A DNA stretch of 64,000 nt, from contig CAWCSN010000012.1 in NCBI GenBank assembly GCA_963798235.1, positions 37,194 to 101,193 on the forward strand. The letters run 5' to 3'. The notes beneath the pieces are model-generated. The model worked only from the letters and a program-made list of their open reading frames with translations, made no database searches and was not told the DNA's origin. A program made the position numbers and the translations under genes. The stretch's first letter is position 1, and every line of letters begins with the position of its first letter. Of the stretch, positions 23,673-34,318 are shown in pieces. This DNA is from an uncultured Alphaproteobacteria bacterium (lineage in GTDB: Bacteria > Pseudomonadota > Alphaproteobacteria > Rhodobacterales > Rhodobacteraceae).

Positions 23673-24230
23673 GTGCTGAAGCCGCTCCTCCTCGCCCTCG
23701 TGCTGCTGCCGCTGCCGGGCTTCGCTGCCCCGTGGGCGCTCGATCCCGCCACCACGGTCACCGTCGACGTCGGCTGGCACGGCAGCACGGTGCAGGTGCG
23801 CTTCCCGACGCTGACCGGCGCGATCGACTTCGACCGCGACCACCCGGAGCGCACCAAGGCGACGATCGACGTCGCCGCCGGCGACGCCACCACCGGCGTC
23901 GGGATCGTCGACGGGCTGCTGCGCAGCGCGGACTATCTCGATACGGGCACGTATCCGACGATCACCTTCCGGCTCGGCAAGCTTACCCAGACCTCGAAGA
24001 GCACCGCCGAGGTCGCCGGCAGCATGACGCTCCGCGGGGTGACGAAGCCGGTGACCTTCGTGGCCAAGGTCTTCGCCTACGGCCCGGCGAAGGACGATCC
24101 CGCGATCTTCGAGGCCGGTTTCGACCTGACCGGCTCGGTCGACCGCACCGCCTTCGGTTCGACCGGAGGCTTGCCCGACGTCTCCCCGGTGCTGCCGGTG
24201 CACATCCGCCTGCTGATGACCTCCGAGTAG
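23673..24230 (+). CDS. YceI family periplasmic lipid/polyisoprenoid-binding protein
   Basis: Signal peptide, WALDP, YPTITF, GSMTLRGVTKPV, DRTAFG; paired with a cytochrome b561. Confidence 0.85.
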   Translation: MLKPLLLALVLLPLPGFAAPWALDPATTVTVDVGWHGSTVQVRFPTLTGAIDFDRDHPERTKATIDVAAGDATTGVGIVDGLLRSADYLDTGTYPTITFRLGKLTQTSKSTAEVAGSMTLRGVTKPVTFVAKVFAYGPAKDDPAIFEAGFDLTGSVDRTAFGSTGGLPDVSPVLPVHIRLLMTSE

Positions 24231-24800
24231 ATGCGCGCGACCGACGGGCCGGGCGGCTGGGGCTGGGTCACCCGGCTCTTGCACTGGACGATGGCGGCGG
24301 TGATCCTGTTCCAGCTCGGCTTCGGGCTCTACATGACCCGCTTCGTCCCGGACCTTCTCGCGCGCTTCAGCCTGACCCAGACCCACAAGAGCTGGGGGAC
24401 GGTGGTCTTCGTCCTCGCCTGCCTCCGCATCGCCTGGCGCCTCGCGGCCCGCGCCCGCCCGCCCTTGCCGCCGATGCCGGTCTGGCAGGCGCGGGCGGCG
24501 GCGGTCAGCCACGGGCTCCTCTACGTCTTCATGATCGCGATGCCGGTCTCCGGCTGGCTCCTCGCCTCGGCCTCGCCGGTGCAGGACCTGCTGCAGATGC
24601 AGAACCTCGTCTTCGGCACCTGGGCGCTGCCCGATCCCTTCGTCCCGGGCAGCGACGCCCTCGAGGCCCGCCTCCACCTCGTCCACACCACGGCCGCCAT
24701 CGGCCTCGCCCTGGTCCTCGCCCTGCACGCGGGCGCGGCCCTCGTGCATCAGTTCGTGGACCGCGACGGGCTGCTGGCGCGGATGCTGTGGCGGGCGTGA
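24231..24800 (+). CDS. Cytochrome b561 (YceJ-like)
   Basis: RLLHW, HKSWG, HGLLY, MPVSG, LHAGAALVHQFVDRD heme-His pattern. Confidence 0.88.
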   Translation: MRATDGPGGWGWVTRLLHWTMAAVILFQLGFGLYMTRFVPDLLARFSLTQTHKSWGTVVFVLACLRIAWRLAARARPPLPPMPVWQARAAAVSHGLLYVFMIAMPVSGWLLASASPVQDLLQMQNLVFGTWALPDPFVPGSDALEARLHLVHTTAAIGLALVLALHAGAALVHQFVDRDGLLARMLWRA

Positions 24801-24947
24801 GATCAGAGGAAATCGCCGTCGGTCTCACTCTCCCCAGAAGAACCGCGCTGCCCGTGTCGTGCAGCACCTTCGCCCGCGCCATCGGCCATCGGCGGCTCCT
24901 CGCTCCGCGCCCGCGGTGCCCGACCTGAGCAGGGCCGGCGGCAGAGA

Positions 24948-25959
24948 TCAACCGCCCGGCGCGTTCCCGAGGCCGATGGCGGCAAGAGCCGCGTCGAGCG
25001 GAGCGGCGTCGGCGAAGGCGAGCCGGACCGGCAGGACCAGCACCCGCGGGCGGAACGCGGCCGGCAGGCGGGCGGCGTCCTTCTCGGTGGTGACGAGCTG
25101 CGCGCCAAGCGAGCGGGCCTCGGCGTCGAGCCGGGCGAGCAGCCGGGGCGCGAAGGGCTCGTGGTCGCCGAAGCTCCGCGTCGCGACGACGTCCGCGCCG
25201 ACCGCCCGCAGCGTCGCGAAGAACTTCTCCGGCCGGCCGATCCCCGCGAAGGCGAGGGCGCGGAGGCCGCGTCCAGTCCATCCCCGTCGGCAGCGGCGCG
25301 AGGCTCGCCTCGACCACCGGCAGCCGCTCGATCGCCGGCCATGCCGCACGAAAGCGCGCGCGCTCCGCCGGCTCGCCGATGGCCAGCACGAGGCCGGCCC
25401 GCGCCAGCCCGTCCGCCACCGGCTCGCGCAGCGGCCCCGCCGGCATCACCCGGCCGTTGCCGAAGCCGTAGCCGGCATCGACGACGACGATCCCGAGATC
25501 CTGCGCGAGGTCCGGGTTCTGGAACCCGTCGTCCATCACCACCGCCGCCGCTCCCGCCGCCACGGCCGCCCGCGCCGCCGCCGCCCGGTCGCGGCCGACC
25601 CAGACCGGCGCGAAGGCGGCGAGGAGCAGCGGCTCGTCCCCGACCTCGTCGGCGCGGTGCCGGCCCTCGACGACCCGCACCGGCCCGGCGAGGCTGCCGC
25701 CGTGGCCGCGCGTCACCACATGCGCCGCGATCCCGCGCTCGGCGAGCCGCATCACCAGCGCGATCACCGTCGGCGTCTTGCCGGTGCCGCCCGCGGTGAG
25801 GTTGCCGACGCAGACCACCGGCACGCCGACCCGCGCCCCCGGACCGCGCGCCACCCGCCGCCGCGTCGCCCAGGTCCACAGCGCGGCGAGCGGCGCCAGC
25901 AGCCGGGCCAGCAGCCCCGGCCGCCCGGGCGGGTTCGCCCAGAAGCGCGGTGCCTGCAT
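24948..25959 (-). CDS. lpxK: Tetraacyldisaccharide 4'-kinase (frameshift near 25270)
   Basis: VCVGNLTAGGTGKTP, GDEP, MDDGFQN, PAGPLRE; second frame FAGIGRPEKFF, TTEKD. Confidence 0.93.
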
Positions 25960-27335
25960 CAGGGCTTGCGGTCGAGGCAGGCCTCGATCGCCGCGATCAC
26001 CGTGTCGGTCACGCCCGCGCCTTCGCTGCACACCTCCCAGGCCGCCGCGGCCATCGCGGCCGCCCGGTCCGGCGCCATCGTCGTGACCAGCGCGTCGGAA
26101 AGGTCGTCCTCGCTCTGCACCAGCACCGCTGCGTCGGCGATGGCGAGCCGCCGGTAGGCATCGATGAAGTTGCGCACGTGCGGCCCGTGCAGGATCGCGC
26201 AGCCGAGCAGCGCCGGCTCGAAGGGATTGTGGCCGCCGATGTCGACCAGCGAACCGCCGACGAAGGCCACCGCCGCGATCCGGTACCAGAGGCCCATCTC
26301 GCCGAGCGTGTCGACGAGATAGACGTCGTCGTCCGCCCCGATCTCCTCGCCCTTCGAGCGTTGCGCCACCGAAAGCCCGCGCCCGCGCAGCATCTCCGCC
26401 AGCGCGTCGCCGCGGTTCGGATGCCGCGGCGCGAGGATCAGCGCCAGCATCGGCAAGGCCCGCCGCGCCCGCGCGTGCGCCGCCAGCACGATCTCCTCCT
26501 CGCCCGGATGCGTCGAGGCCGCCAGCCACACCGGCCGTCCGGCGAGGGACTGCGCGATGCGCCGGCGCTCGCGCTCGTCGTAGGGCAGGGGCGCCGCGCC
26601 CTCCTTCAGCGAGCCCTCGACGGACATCCGCGCCGGGTCCGCCCCGAGCAGGGCGAGGTGCTCGGCGGCCATGTCGTCCTGCGCGAGGATGCGGTCGAAG
26701 CGCCCGAGCAGCGATGCCGCAACGCCCCCCATCCACCGCCAGCGCCGGAAGCTCCGCTCCGAGATCCGCGCGTTGATCAGCAGCATCGGGATGCCGCGCT
26801 CCCATGTCTCGACGAGCATCCCCGGCCAGAGTTCGCTTTCGGTCCAGACCGCCGCGTCCGGCCGCCAGTGGTCGAGGAAGCGCCGCACCCAGGGCAGCAC
26901 GTCCAGCGGCACGAACTGGTGGATGCAGTTCTCGGGCAGCCGCTGCGAGACGAAATGCGCCGAGGTCACCGTCACCGTGGTGACGAGGCAGGTCAGCGTC
27001 GGACGGGCCTGCTGGAGCCGGCGGAAGAGTTCGAGCAGCGAGGCCGCCTCGCCGACGCTGGCGGCGTGGAACCAGACGAGCTGGCCCTCGGGGCGCGGCC
27101 GCCCGGCCTCCCCCATGCGCTCGCCGAGGCGCTCGGGGTCCTCCTTGCCCTCGCGCTGGCGCTTGTCGAGCAGCCGCCGGGCAACGCCACCGCCGCGGCG
27201 CGAGGCCGCGAGATAGCAGTGGAGCAGGAGGGAGCGCGGCGGCGCCTCACGCGCAGCGGGTGCTCCACCCCCGGAAGCGTCGCGCCCGGCAACGTCACGA
27301 CCGGGAGCCTCGCCAGCGGGGGGCTCGGGGGACAC
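25959..27335 (-). CDS. waaA: Kdo transferase
   Basis: WFHAASVGE, ESELWP, INARIS, AASTHPGEE, GGHNPFEPA. Confidence 0.95.
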   Translation of the reverse strand: MSPEPPAGEAPGRDVAGRDASGGGAPAAREAPPRSLLLHCYLAASRRGGGVARRLLDKRQREGKEDPERLGERMGEAGRPRPEGQLVWFHAASVGEAASLLELFRRLQQARPTLTCLVTTVTVTSAHFVSQRLPENCIHQFVPLDVLPWVRRFLDHWRPDAAVWTESELWPGMLVETWERGIPMLLINARISERSFRRWRWMGGVAASLLGRFDRILAQDDMAAEHLALLGADPARMSVEGSLKEGAAPLPYDERERRRIAQSLAGRPVWLAASTHPGEEEIVLAAHARARRALPMLALILAPRHPNRGDALAEMLRGRGLSVAQRSKGEEIGADDDVYLVDTLGEMGLWYRIAAVAFVGGSLVDIGGHNPFEPALLGCAILHGPHVRNFIDAYRRLAIADAAVLVQSEDDLSDALVTTMAPDRAAAMAAAAWEVCSEGAGVTDTVIAAIEACLDRKP

Positions 27336-27342
27336 GCGGACC

Positions 27343-27585
27343 TCAGCCGAGCTTCTCGGTCGGGCTGCCGGCCCGACCCTCGTCGCTCAGCCGGTGAAGG
27401 TGGGCGATGAAATAGCGCATGTGGGCGTTGTCCACCGTCGCCTGCGCCTTGGCCTTCCAGGCGATGTAGGCGCTGGCGTAGTTCGGGAAGACCCCGACGA
27501 TGTCGATCTCATCAACGTCGCGGAACTCGCTCGACGTCGGATCGACGAGCTCGCCGCCGAAGACGAGATGCAGCAGCTGGGCCAT
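27343..27585 (-). CDS. DUF4170 family small protein
   Basis: LLHLVFGGEL, DIVGVFPNY, TVDNAHMRYFIAHLHRL; conserved position upstream of waaA. Confidence 0.85.
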   Translation of the reverse strand: MAQLLHLVFGGELVDPTSSEFRDVDEIDIVGVFPNYASAYIAWKAKAQATVDNAHMRYFIAHLHRLSDEGRAGSPTEKLG

Positions 27586-27696
27586 GGAACCTCCGCGAAA
27601 ATGCCGGCGCACGCGCTTTACCGAGAGATTATCCGCCGCACGGCCGAAAGCAATGTTGCACTGCGGCGCCCGCGGCGAATCCGCCGATGGCCAGCT

Positions 27697-28507
27697 TCAG
27701 CCGCCAGCCGCGCCGACCCGCGCCCGGTCGACCAGCGCCCGGTGGACCGCCGGCCCGGCCGCGAGCACGCCGCCGACGCCGGGATGGGGGCGGTTGTAGG
27801 TGACCGGCCCGCCGCGCGCGTCGCTGATCACCGCCCCGGCCTCGGCAGCGATCAGCGCCCCGGCGGCGAGATCCCACTCCCAGGTCTCGCGGAAAGTCAC
27901 CATCGCGTCGGCGGTGCCGTCGGCGACGAGGCAGAGGCGATAGGCGATCGACGGGCGGAACATCCGCTCGACCGCCGGCACCCCGCCGGGCCAGAAGCCG
28001 GGGTCCATCTGCCCGGCGTTGGCGAGCACCCGGGCGCCCTCGACCGCCGGCCGCGTCGAGGCGGAGATCACCGCGCCGTTCCGCCGCGCGCCGTGGCCCC
28101 GGGCGGCGGCGTAGGTCTTGCCGAGCATCGGCAGGTGGACCACCCCGGCAACGAGACGTCCCTCCTCGGCGATGGCGAGCGCGTGGCTCCACGCCTTCTG
28201 TCCGGCGACGAAGGCGCGCGTCCCGTCGATCGGATCGATGATGAAGACCCGCCGCGCCGTCAGACGGGCCGGACCGTCCTCGCTCTCCTCGGAGAGCCAG
28301 CCGTAGTCGGGCCGCGCCGCCATCAGCTCTGCGCGCAGCATCGCGTCGACGGCGAGGTCGGCTTCGGTCACCGGCCCCGCCCCGTCGGGCTTCTCGCGCA
28401 CTGTCCCGAGGCGGCCGACGTAGCCGAGGGCGATCTCGCCCGCGGCCAGCGCCGCCGCCTCTAACAGCGCGAGGTCGGGGTCCGCAGCGGAGTCGAGACT
28501 CCGGCAA
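27697..28507 (-). CDS. cysQ: CysQ/inositol monophosphatase family nucleotidase
   Basis: PVTEADL, WLSEE, IIDPIDGTRAF, WEWDLAAG. Removing one base near 28495 restores a TTG start (MPESDSAAD) at 28507 and gives a normal stop for tldE. Confidence 0.85.
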
Positions 28508-29837
28508 CGACCAGCCCCTCGACCAGCAGACTCGGGATCACCCGGCTCGTCCACGGGCGGCCGTCGTTCGCCGGGCGGATCGACGCGAGCATCGGCCGCA
28601 GGTTTCCGGCGATGGTGAACTCGTTGACCGGCCGGACGATCTCGCCATTCTCGACCCAGAAGCCGCTGGCGCCGCGAGAATAATCGCCGGTGGTGGCGTT
28701 GATCGACGCCCCGATCAGCGAGGTGATCAGCAGCCCGGTCCCCATCTCGGCCAGGAGCTCGGCGCGGCTCATCGTCCCTTGGGTCAGCGCGAGGTTGCCC
28801 ACGCCGGGGCTCGGCGGCGACGAGGTGCCGCGCCCGGCGTTGCCGGTGCTCTCCATGCCGAGCTGGCGCCCACTGGCGAGGTCGAGGACCCAGCCGGTCA
28901 GGATGCCATCGGCGACGATCGCCCGGCGCGTCACCGGCAGCCCCTCGGCATCGAAGGGTCGCGAGCCGCCGACCCGGGGCCGTGCGGGATCGTCGACCAG
29001 GTCGATGCCCGCCGGCAGCACCCGCGCGCCGAGCCCGTCCTTGAGCCAGGTCGCGCCCCGCGCCACGGCGACGCCGTTGATCGCGCCGATGAGGTGGCCG
29101 ATCAGCCCGCCGGCGACGCGCTCGTCGAAAAGCACCGGCCAGGCGCCGGTCGGCGGCTTGCTCGCCCCCCGCATCGAGACGGCGCGCTCTCCGGCCAGGC
29201 GGCCGATCGCTGCGGCGGAGTCGAGGTCGGCGCGGTGCACCCGGCCGTCGTAGGCGTAGTCGCGCTCCATCGCGGTGCCGTCGCCGGAGATCGCCACCGC
29301 CTGGATGCCATGGCCGGTGTGGCCATAGCCGCCGCTGAATCCGTTGGTCGCCGCGAGGTGGAAGCGGCTCGCCGACCAGCTGGCACCGGCCCCGTCCATC
29401 TTGCTGACCCCCGGAACCGACAGCGCCGCCGCCTCGGCCTCGAGCGCCGCCTCCTGCAGCGCCGCGGCGGTCGGCATCGGCGTCGGATCGACCAGGTCGA
29501 GCGCGGACACGTCCCAGGCCGTCGCCAGCTGTGCCGCATCGGCGAGGCCGCAGTAGGGGTCCTCGGGCGCCTCGCGCGCCATCGCCACCGCGCGCTCGGC
29601 CATCGCGGCGATGGTGTCGGGCCGGATGTCGCTGGACGAGACGCAGGCCTGGCGCCGCCCGATCAGGACGCGCAGCCCGAGGTCGATGCCCTCGGCCCGC
29701 TCCGCTTGTTCGAGCGCGCCGGAGCGCACCTCGATCGACAGGCTGTCGCCGGTCACGGCGACCGCATCGGCCGCCTCCGCGCCTGCGGCCAGGGCCGCGT
29801 CGAGCAGCCGCGCCGTCAGGCTCTCGAGGTCGCTCAT
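28461..29837 (-). CDS. pmbA: TldE/PmbA family metalloprotease subunit (true stop probably near 28493)
   Basis: GLRVLIG, FDAEG, STGNAGR, TGDYSRGASGFWVENG, TIAGNL. Confidence 0.9.
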   Translation of the reverse strand: MSDLESLTARLLDAALAAGAEAADAVAVTGDSLSIEVRSGALEQAERAEGIDLGLRVLIGRRQACVSSSDIRPDTIAAMAERAVAMAREAPEDPYCGLADAAQLATAWDVSALDLVDPTPMPTAAALQEAALEAEAAALSVPGVSKMDGAGASWSASRFHLAATNGFSGGYGHTGHGIQAVAISGDGTAMERDYAYDGRVHRADLDSAAAIGRLAGERAVSMRGASKPPTGAWPVLFDERVAGGLIGHLIGAINGVAVARGATWLKDGLGARVLPAGIDLVDDPARPRVGGSRPFDAEGLPVTRRAIVADGILTGWVLDLASGRQLGMESTGNAGRGTSSPPSPGVGNLALTQGTMSRAELLAEMGTGLLITSLIGASINATTGDYSRGASGFWVENGEIVRPVNEFTIAGNLRPMLASIRPANDGRPWTSRVIPSLLVEGLVVAGVSTPLRTPTSRC

Positions 29838-30053
29838 GGACGGACACCGGCAATGGAAAGGCAGGCGAGGGACTGGACGGGCATGGTGGCTCCGGACCTA
29901 AATGTCGCCCGCTACCTAGGGCTTTTCCCACCCCGAAACAACCGGGGCGCCCCTTCGGCATCGCTTCAACCGCCCGCTGCCAACGCCGCTCCGCCAGCGA
30001 CGCGCTGCACCCAAGGCACCCGGACACCGCCGTCCGCTTTGACGACACCCCGC

Positions 30054-30207
30054 ACGACCGCCCACACCGGGGACGGTCGCACGTTAACGTCCATGAACAG
30101 GTGGTTAGCGCTGCAGATAATATGCTGCAATATCAAGTATTTGATCAGAGTCGCACGCGTGCGACGGCACGCTCTCAAGAGCGTGCCGGGGACCCTATGC
30201 AGAGGTC
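30054..30207 (+). repeat. Dispersed intergenic module, copy 3
   Basis: GTTAAC 30083, TGAAC 30094, GTTAGC 30104, TATCAAGTATTTG 30131-30143, palindrome GTCGCACGCGTGCGAC 30150-30165, hairpin 30165-30188, end motif GACCCTATGCAGAGGTC 30191-30207. Confidence 0.8.
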
Positions 30208-30244
30208 AGGCTCCCCCCGGGCAGGGTCAGGGAGAGCCGCCGCC

Positions 30245-30826
30245 TCAGCCGTCCGACTTCATCCGGACCTTTGCCATCCAGTCGGGGTCGGTCACCGTAC
30301 CGCTCTGGCCCTCGCCGCGCTTGATCGCGTCGACGACGTCCTGCCCGGCAATGACTTCACCGACCACGGTGTACTGGCCGTTCAGGTGCGGGGCCGGGCC
30401 GAACATGATGAAGAACTGACTGTTGGCCGAGTTGGGGTCCATCGAGCGGGCCATGCCGACGGTGCCTTTGGCGAAGGGGTGGTCCGAGAACTCGGCCGGG
30501 AGGTCGGGCATGTCGGAGCCGCCGGTGCCGGCGCGGGCGAGGTCGCCGCCGTGCTTGCCGTAGGCGACGTCGCCGGTCTGGGCCATGAAGCCGTCGATGA
30601 CGCGGTGGAAGACCACGCCGTCATAGGCCCCGGCCCGCGCCAGCGCCTCGATCCGGGCGACGTGCTGGGGGGCGACGTCCGGGAGGAGCTGGATCTCGAT
30701 GGTGCCCTTGTGAGCGCCGTCGACGTCGATGACGAGGACGTTCTCCGCGTCCTGCGCGAAGGCACCGCCCGCCCCGGCCGCGAGGGAAGCGGCGGCGGCG
30801 AGGGCGAGGAAATGACGGCGGATCAT
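30245..30826 (-). CDS. Periplasmic cyclophilin-type peptidyl-prolyl isomerase
   Basis: Signal peptide, FHRVIDGFMAQTGD, GMARS..PNSANSQFFI. Confidence 0.93.
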   Translation of the reverse strand: MIRRHFLALAAAASLAAGAGGAFAQDAENVLVIDVDGAHKGTIEIQLLPDVAPQHVARIEALARAGAYDGVVFHRVIDGFMAQTGDVAYGKHGGDLARAGTGGSDMPDLPAEFSDHPFAKGTVGMARSMDPNSANSQFFIMFGPAPHLNGQYTVVGEVIAGQDVVDAIKRGEGQSGTVTDPDWMAKVRMKSDG

Positions 30827-31323
30827 TCGTCGGCCGCGATGCGGACGCGGACCATGCGGTCCGGGCTGGAGGGCGGCTCGCCGCGGGTGATGGCGTCGAC
30901 GTGGGCCATGCCCTCGGTGACGCGGCCCCAGACGGTGTACTGGTTGTTGAGGAAGTGGCCGTCCTTCAACATGATGAAAAACTGGGAGTTTGCGCTGTTG
31001 GGGTTCTGCGAGCGGGCCATGCCGAGGACGCCGCGGTCGAAGGGCAGCTTCGAGAATTCGGCGGGCAGGTCCCCGTGCTTGGAGCCGCCGGTGCCGGCGC
31101 GGCGGATGTTGAAGTTGTCCTCCATGTCGCCGTTGGCGACGTCGCCGGTCTGGGCCATGAAGCCGTCGATGACGCGGTGGAAGGCGACGTTGTCGTACTC
31201 GCCGGCGCGGGCGAGGGTCTTGATGCGCTCGACGTGCTTGGGGGCGACGTCGGGGAGCATCTCGATGACGACCTTGCCGCCATCCTTGAGCTCGATGACG
31301 AGCGTGTTCTCGGGATCGGCCAT
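30823..31323 (-). CDS. Cytoplasmic cyclophilin-type peptidyl-prolyl isomerase
   Basis: MADPENTL start after GGAGG, FHRVIDGFMAQTGD, SANSQFFI; tandem paralog of the previous gene. Confidence 0.93.
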   Translation of the reverse strand: MADPENTLVIELKDGGKVVIEMLPDVAPKHVERIKTLARAGEYDNVAFHRVIDGFMAQTGDVANGDMEDNFNIRRAGTGGSKHGDLPAEFSKLPFDRGVLGMARSQNPNSANSQFFIMLKDGHFLNNQYTVWGRVTEGMAHVDAITRGEPPSSPDRMVRVRIAADE

Positions 31324-31438
31324 GGGTTCCTCCGGTTCGATTCGCGGCGGGACCGTAGGGCGTCGGGCGGGGGAGGGGAAGGTGGGGTGTTGCACGGGAC
31401 GGGCGGCCGAGTGCCTTCGTCGGGGCGAAAAGTGGTGA

Positions 31439-31554
31439 GTTAACCTAGGTTTACGGCCAGAAGTGGGCTTGCACATCGCATGCACAACCTATGCACAAAG
31501 CATGCACCAGACTTTGGTCTGAAGGCCGAAAGGTTAACGGAGTTAACGCCTAGG
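31439..31554. repeat. 11-bp periodic TGCACA array flanked by GTTAAC boxes
   Basis: TGCAC(A/C) at 31470, 31481, 31492, 31503; GTTAAC at 31439, 31533, 31542; TTAA-N7-TTAC at 31440-31454. Confidence 0.7.
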
Positions 31555-31618
31555 GTTCTGGACGGTCCTTTGCGGGCCAGAAGCGGCTGTTGACCCCGGA
31601 CACTCGCTCGACTAAACA

Positions 31619-31644
31619 TCTCAATAATTCTTGAAATATTGAGA
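31619..31644. promoter_or_regulatory. Probable ArsR operator (12-2-12 inverted repeat)
   Basis: TCTCAATAATTC-TT-GAAATATTGAGA, one mismatch, AT-rich, immediately upstream of arsR. Confidence 0.7.
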
Positions 31645-31653
31645 CAGAAATCC

Positions 31654-31986
31654 GTGGACGAACACACCGCTCTCGCCGGCTTCGCGGCCTTGTCGCAGGA
31701 GACACGTCTTCGGATCGTGCGACTGCTGGTGCAGTCCGGACCGGCCGGCATGGCGGCCGGGGCGCTCGGCGAGGCCCTCGGCGGGACCAGCAGCTCGCGC
31801 CTCTCCTTTCATCTCGGCCATCTCGAGCATGCCGGCCTGGTCGCGTCGCGTCGGAAGGGTCGCTTCATCATCTATTCCGCGGTCTTTCCCGCCCTCGCCG
31901 GCCTGATCGAATTCCTGACGCGCGACTGCTGCCAGGGTCACCCCGAAATCTGCGGCGGCCTTGCGGCGCCGTTTGTCTGCAAGTGA
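31654..31986 (+). CDS. arsR: ArsR/SmtB family As(III)-responsive repressor
   Basis: ALSQETRLRI, LSFHL, C-terminal DCCQGHPEIC As(III) site; heads the ars operon. Confidence 0.92.
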   Translation: MDEHTALAGFAALSQETRLRIVRLLVQSGPAGMAAGALGEALGGTSSSRLSFHLGHLEHAGLVASRRKGRFIIYSAVFPALAGLIEFLTRDCCQGHPEICGGLAAPFVCK

Positions 31987-31994
31987 GACCGAAA

Positions 31995-32414
31995 ATGGAC
32001 GTCGTCATCTATCACAACCCTGCATGCGGAACCTCCCGCAACACGCTCGCCATGATCCGAAATGCCGGGGTCGAGCCCCATGTGGTCGAGTACCTGAAGA
32101 CGCCCCCGAGCCGGACGATGATCGCCGCGCTGGCCGGGCGCATCGGCGTTCCCGTGCGGGCGCTCCTGCGCGAGAAGGGCACCCCCTATGCCGACCTCGG
32201 CCTCGCCGACGAGACCTTGACCGACGGTCAGCTGCTCGATGCGATCGAGGCGCATCCGATCCTGTTGAACCGACCGATCGTCGTCAGTCCGAAGGGGGTT
32301 CGGCTCTGCCGCCCCTCGGAAGTGGTGCTCGACCTGCTGCCGCCCCAGCAGGGTGCCTTCGTCAAGGAGGATGGCGAGCCAGTGGTCGGCGTCTCCGGCG
32401 CAACATCCCTTTGA
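31995..32414 (+). CDS. arsC: Glutaredoxin-dependent arsenate reductase
   Basis: IYHNPACGTSRN, LLNRPIV, LCRPSE. Confidence 0.95.
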   Translation: MDVVIYHNPACGTSRNTLAMIRNAGVEPHVVEYLKTPPSRTMIAALAGRIGVPVRALLREKGTPYADLGLADETLTDGQLLDAIEAHPILLNRPIVVSPKGVRLCRPSEVVLDLLPPQQGAFVKEDGEPVVGVSGATSL

Positions 32415-32426
32415 CGTGAGGCCGCG

Positions 32427-33497
32427 ATGTCCGCTCCCATCCGACGCCTGTCCTTCCTCGATCGCTATCTGACGTTCTGGATCTTCGCGGCGATGGCGCT
32501 CGGAATCGCGCTCGGCTCGCTGGTCCCGAGTCTTCCCGGCGCGCTGGAGGCCTTGTCTTTCGGCACGACCAACGTCCCGATCGCGATCGGCCTGATCCTG
32601 ATGATGTATCCGCCTCTCGCCAGGGTGCGCTACGAGGAGCTGCCGCGGGTGTTCGCCGACCGCCGGCTGCTCGCGCTGTCGCTTGTCCAGAACTGGATTA
32701 TCGGTCCCGTTCTCATGTTCGCTCTCGCGGTGATCTTCCTGCGTGACGAACCCGGGTACATGACCGGACTGATCCTGATCGGGCTGGCCCGATGCATCGC
32801 CATGGTGCTGGTCTGGAACCAGCTCGCCCGGGGCGACGCGCAGTACGTCGCGGGACTCGTCGCCTTCAACTCGATCTTCCAGATCCTGTTCTTCCCTGCC
32901 TATGCCTGGTTCTTCCTTGCCGTTCTGCCGCCGCTCTTCGGCCTCGAGGGCAGCGTCGTCGACGTGGGGTTCTGGACGATCGCCCACGCGGTCCTGCTCT
33001 ACCTCGGGCTTCCCTTCGCCGCGGGTTTCCTGACCCGGCGCGTCCTCGTCGCCCGAAAGGGCGAGGACTGGTACGACGATCGCTTCCTGCCCCGGATCGC
33101 GCCGCTGACGCTCGGCGCGCTGCTCTTCACCATCGTCGTCATGTTCAGCCTGAAGGGTGGGGAGGTTGTGAGCTTGCCTTGGGACGCCGCCCGGATCGCC
33201 GTTCCGCTCGCGCTCTACTTCCTCATCCAGTTCACGCTCAGCTTCTGGATGGGCAGGCTCGTCGCGGCTGACTATCCCCGGACCACGGCGGTCGCCTTCA
33301 CCGCGGCCGGCAACAATTTCGAGCTCGCCATCGCGGTGGCGATATCCGCGTTCGGGCTTGCGTCCCAGCCGGCCTTCGCCGCCGTCATCGGCCCGCTGGT
33401 CGAGGTGCCGGTGCTGGTCCTGCTGGTCTCCGTCGCGCTGCGTCTCGGGCGTCGCTGGTTCCCGAAAGACATGGCGCCGAGGGAGGTCCGGACGTGA
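32427..33497 (+). CDS. acr3: ACR3 family arsenite efflux permease
   Basis: [43 protein letters not shown]. Confidence 0.95.
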   Translation: MSAPIRRLSFLDRYLTFWIFAAMALGIALGSLVPSLPGALEALSFGTTNVPIAIGLILMMYPPLARVRYEELPRVFADRRLLALSLVQNWIIGPVLMFALAVIFLRDEPGYMTGLILIGLARCIAMVLVWNQLARGDAQYVAGLVAFNSIFQILFFPAYAWFFLAVLPPLFGLEGSVVDVGFWTIAHAVLLYLGLPFAAGFLTRRVLVARKGEDWYDDRFLPRIAPLTLGALLFTIVVMFSLKGGEVVSLPWDAARIAVPLALYFLIQFTLSFWMGRLVAADYPRTTAVAFTAAGNNFELAIAVAISAFGLASQPAFAAVIGPLVEVPVLVLLVSVALRLGRRWFPKDMAPREVRT

Positions 33498-34243
33498 CCG
33501 ACCTTCCGAATTTGACGGGAGCGGCCCGCATTCCCTCGGCCGAACCACCGCCGGCGCCGCGCGCGATGCATGCGCCGCGCATCCTGCTGCTCTATGGCTC
33601 GCTTCGGGAGCGGTCCTACAGCCGCTTCCTGACCCTGGAGGCGGAACGCCTGCTGCGCCACTTCGGCTGCGAGACCCGGGTTTTCGAACCTCGCGGCCTG
33701 CCGCTGCCCGATGGCGCCGATCCCGGCCACGAGAAGGTGGCCGAACTCCGCGCGCTGTCGCTCTGGTCCGAGGGGCAGGTGTGGACCAGCCCGGAGCGGC
33801 ATGGCGCGATGAGCGGCGTGATGAAAAGCCAGATCGACTGGATTCCGCTTTCCATCGGCGCCGTCCGGCCCACGCAAGGGCGAACGCTCGCCGTGATGCA
33901 GGTGTCCGGCGGATCGCAGAGTTTCAACGCCGTGAACCAGATGCGGGTCCTCGGGCGCTGGATGCGGATGCTGACGATCCCGAACCAGTCCTCGGTCGCC
34001 AAGGCCTACCAGGAGTTCGACGAAGCCGGCCGGATGCGGCCGTCGTCCTACTACGACCGTGTCGTCGACGTGATGGAGGAGCTGGTGAAGTTCACCCTGC
34101 TGACGCGCGACCACGTTCCCTACCTGACCGATCGCTACAGCGAGCGGAAGGAGACGGCCGCCCAGCTCGAGGCGCGTGTGCGCCTGCGCGACGCCGTTCT
34201 CGATCACGCACCGGCCGGCGCCGACAACGGGTCGGGATCATAG
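33494..34243 (+). CDS. arsH: ArsH NADPH-dependent FMN oxidoreductase
   Basis: [34 protein letters not shown]. Confidence 0.95.
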   Translation: MTDLPNLTGAARIPSAEPPPAPRAMHAPRILLLYGSLRERSYSRFLTLEAERLLRHFGCETRVFEPRGLPLPDGADPGHEKVAELRALSLWSEGQVWTSPERHGAMSGVMKSQIDWIPLSIGAVRPTQGRTLAVMQVSGGSQSFNAVNQMRVLGRWMRMLTIPNQSSVAKAYQEFDEAGRMRPSSYYDRVVDVMEELVKFTLLTRDHVPYLTDRYSERKETAAQLEARVRLRDAVLDHAPAGADNGSGS

Positions 34244-34318
34244 CGCGACGGAGCTAGGGGGCATTGGGTTCGCCTCAGCTCTCGACCCCTTGTGAGTCTC
34301 GCGGAACGGTGCCGCTCT

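Noticed and set aside
31470-31508. TGCACA array or the dispersed module as a CRISPR array
   Set aside because: Repeats of 6 nt with 5-nt spacers, or copies 8-10 kb apart, do not fit CRISPR geometry; no cas genes in the window.
31654-34243. ars operon as a novel system or transposon
   Set aside because: Standard arsR-arsC-acr3-arsH content; no transposase, integrase or target duplication seen.
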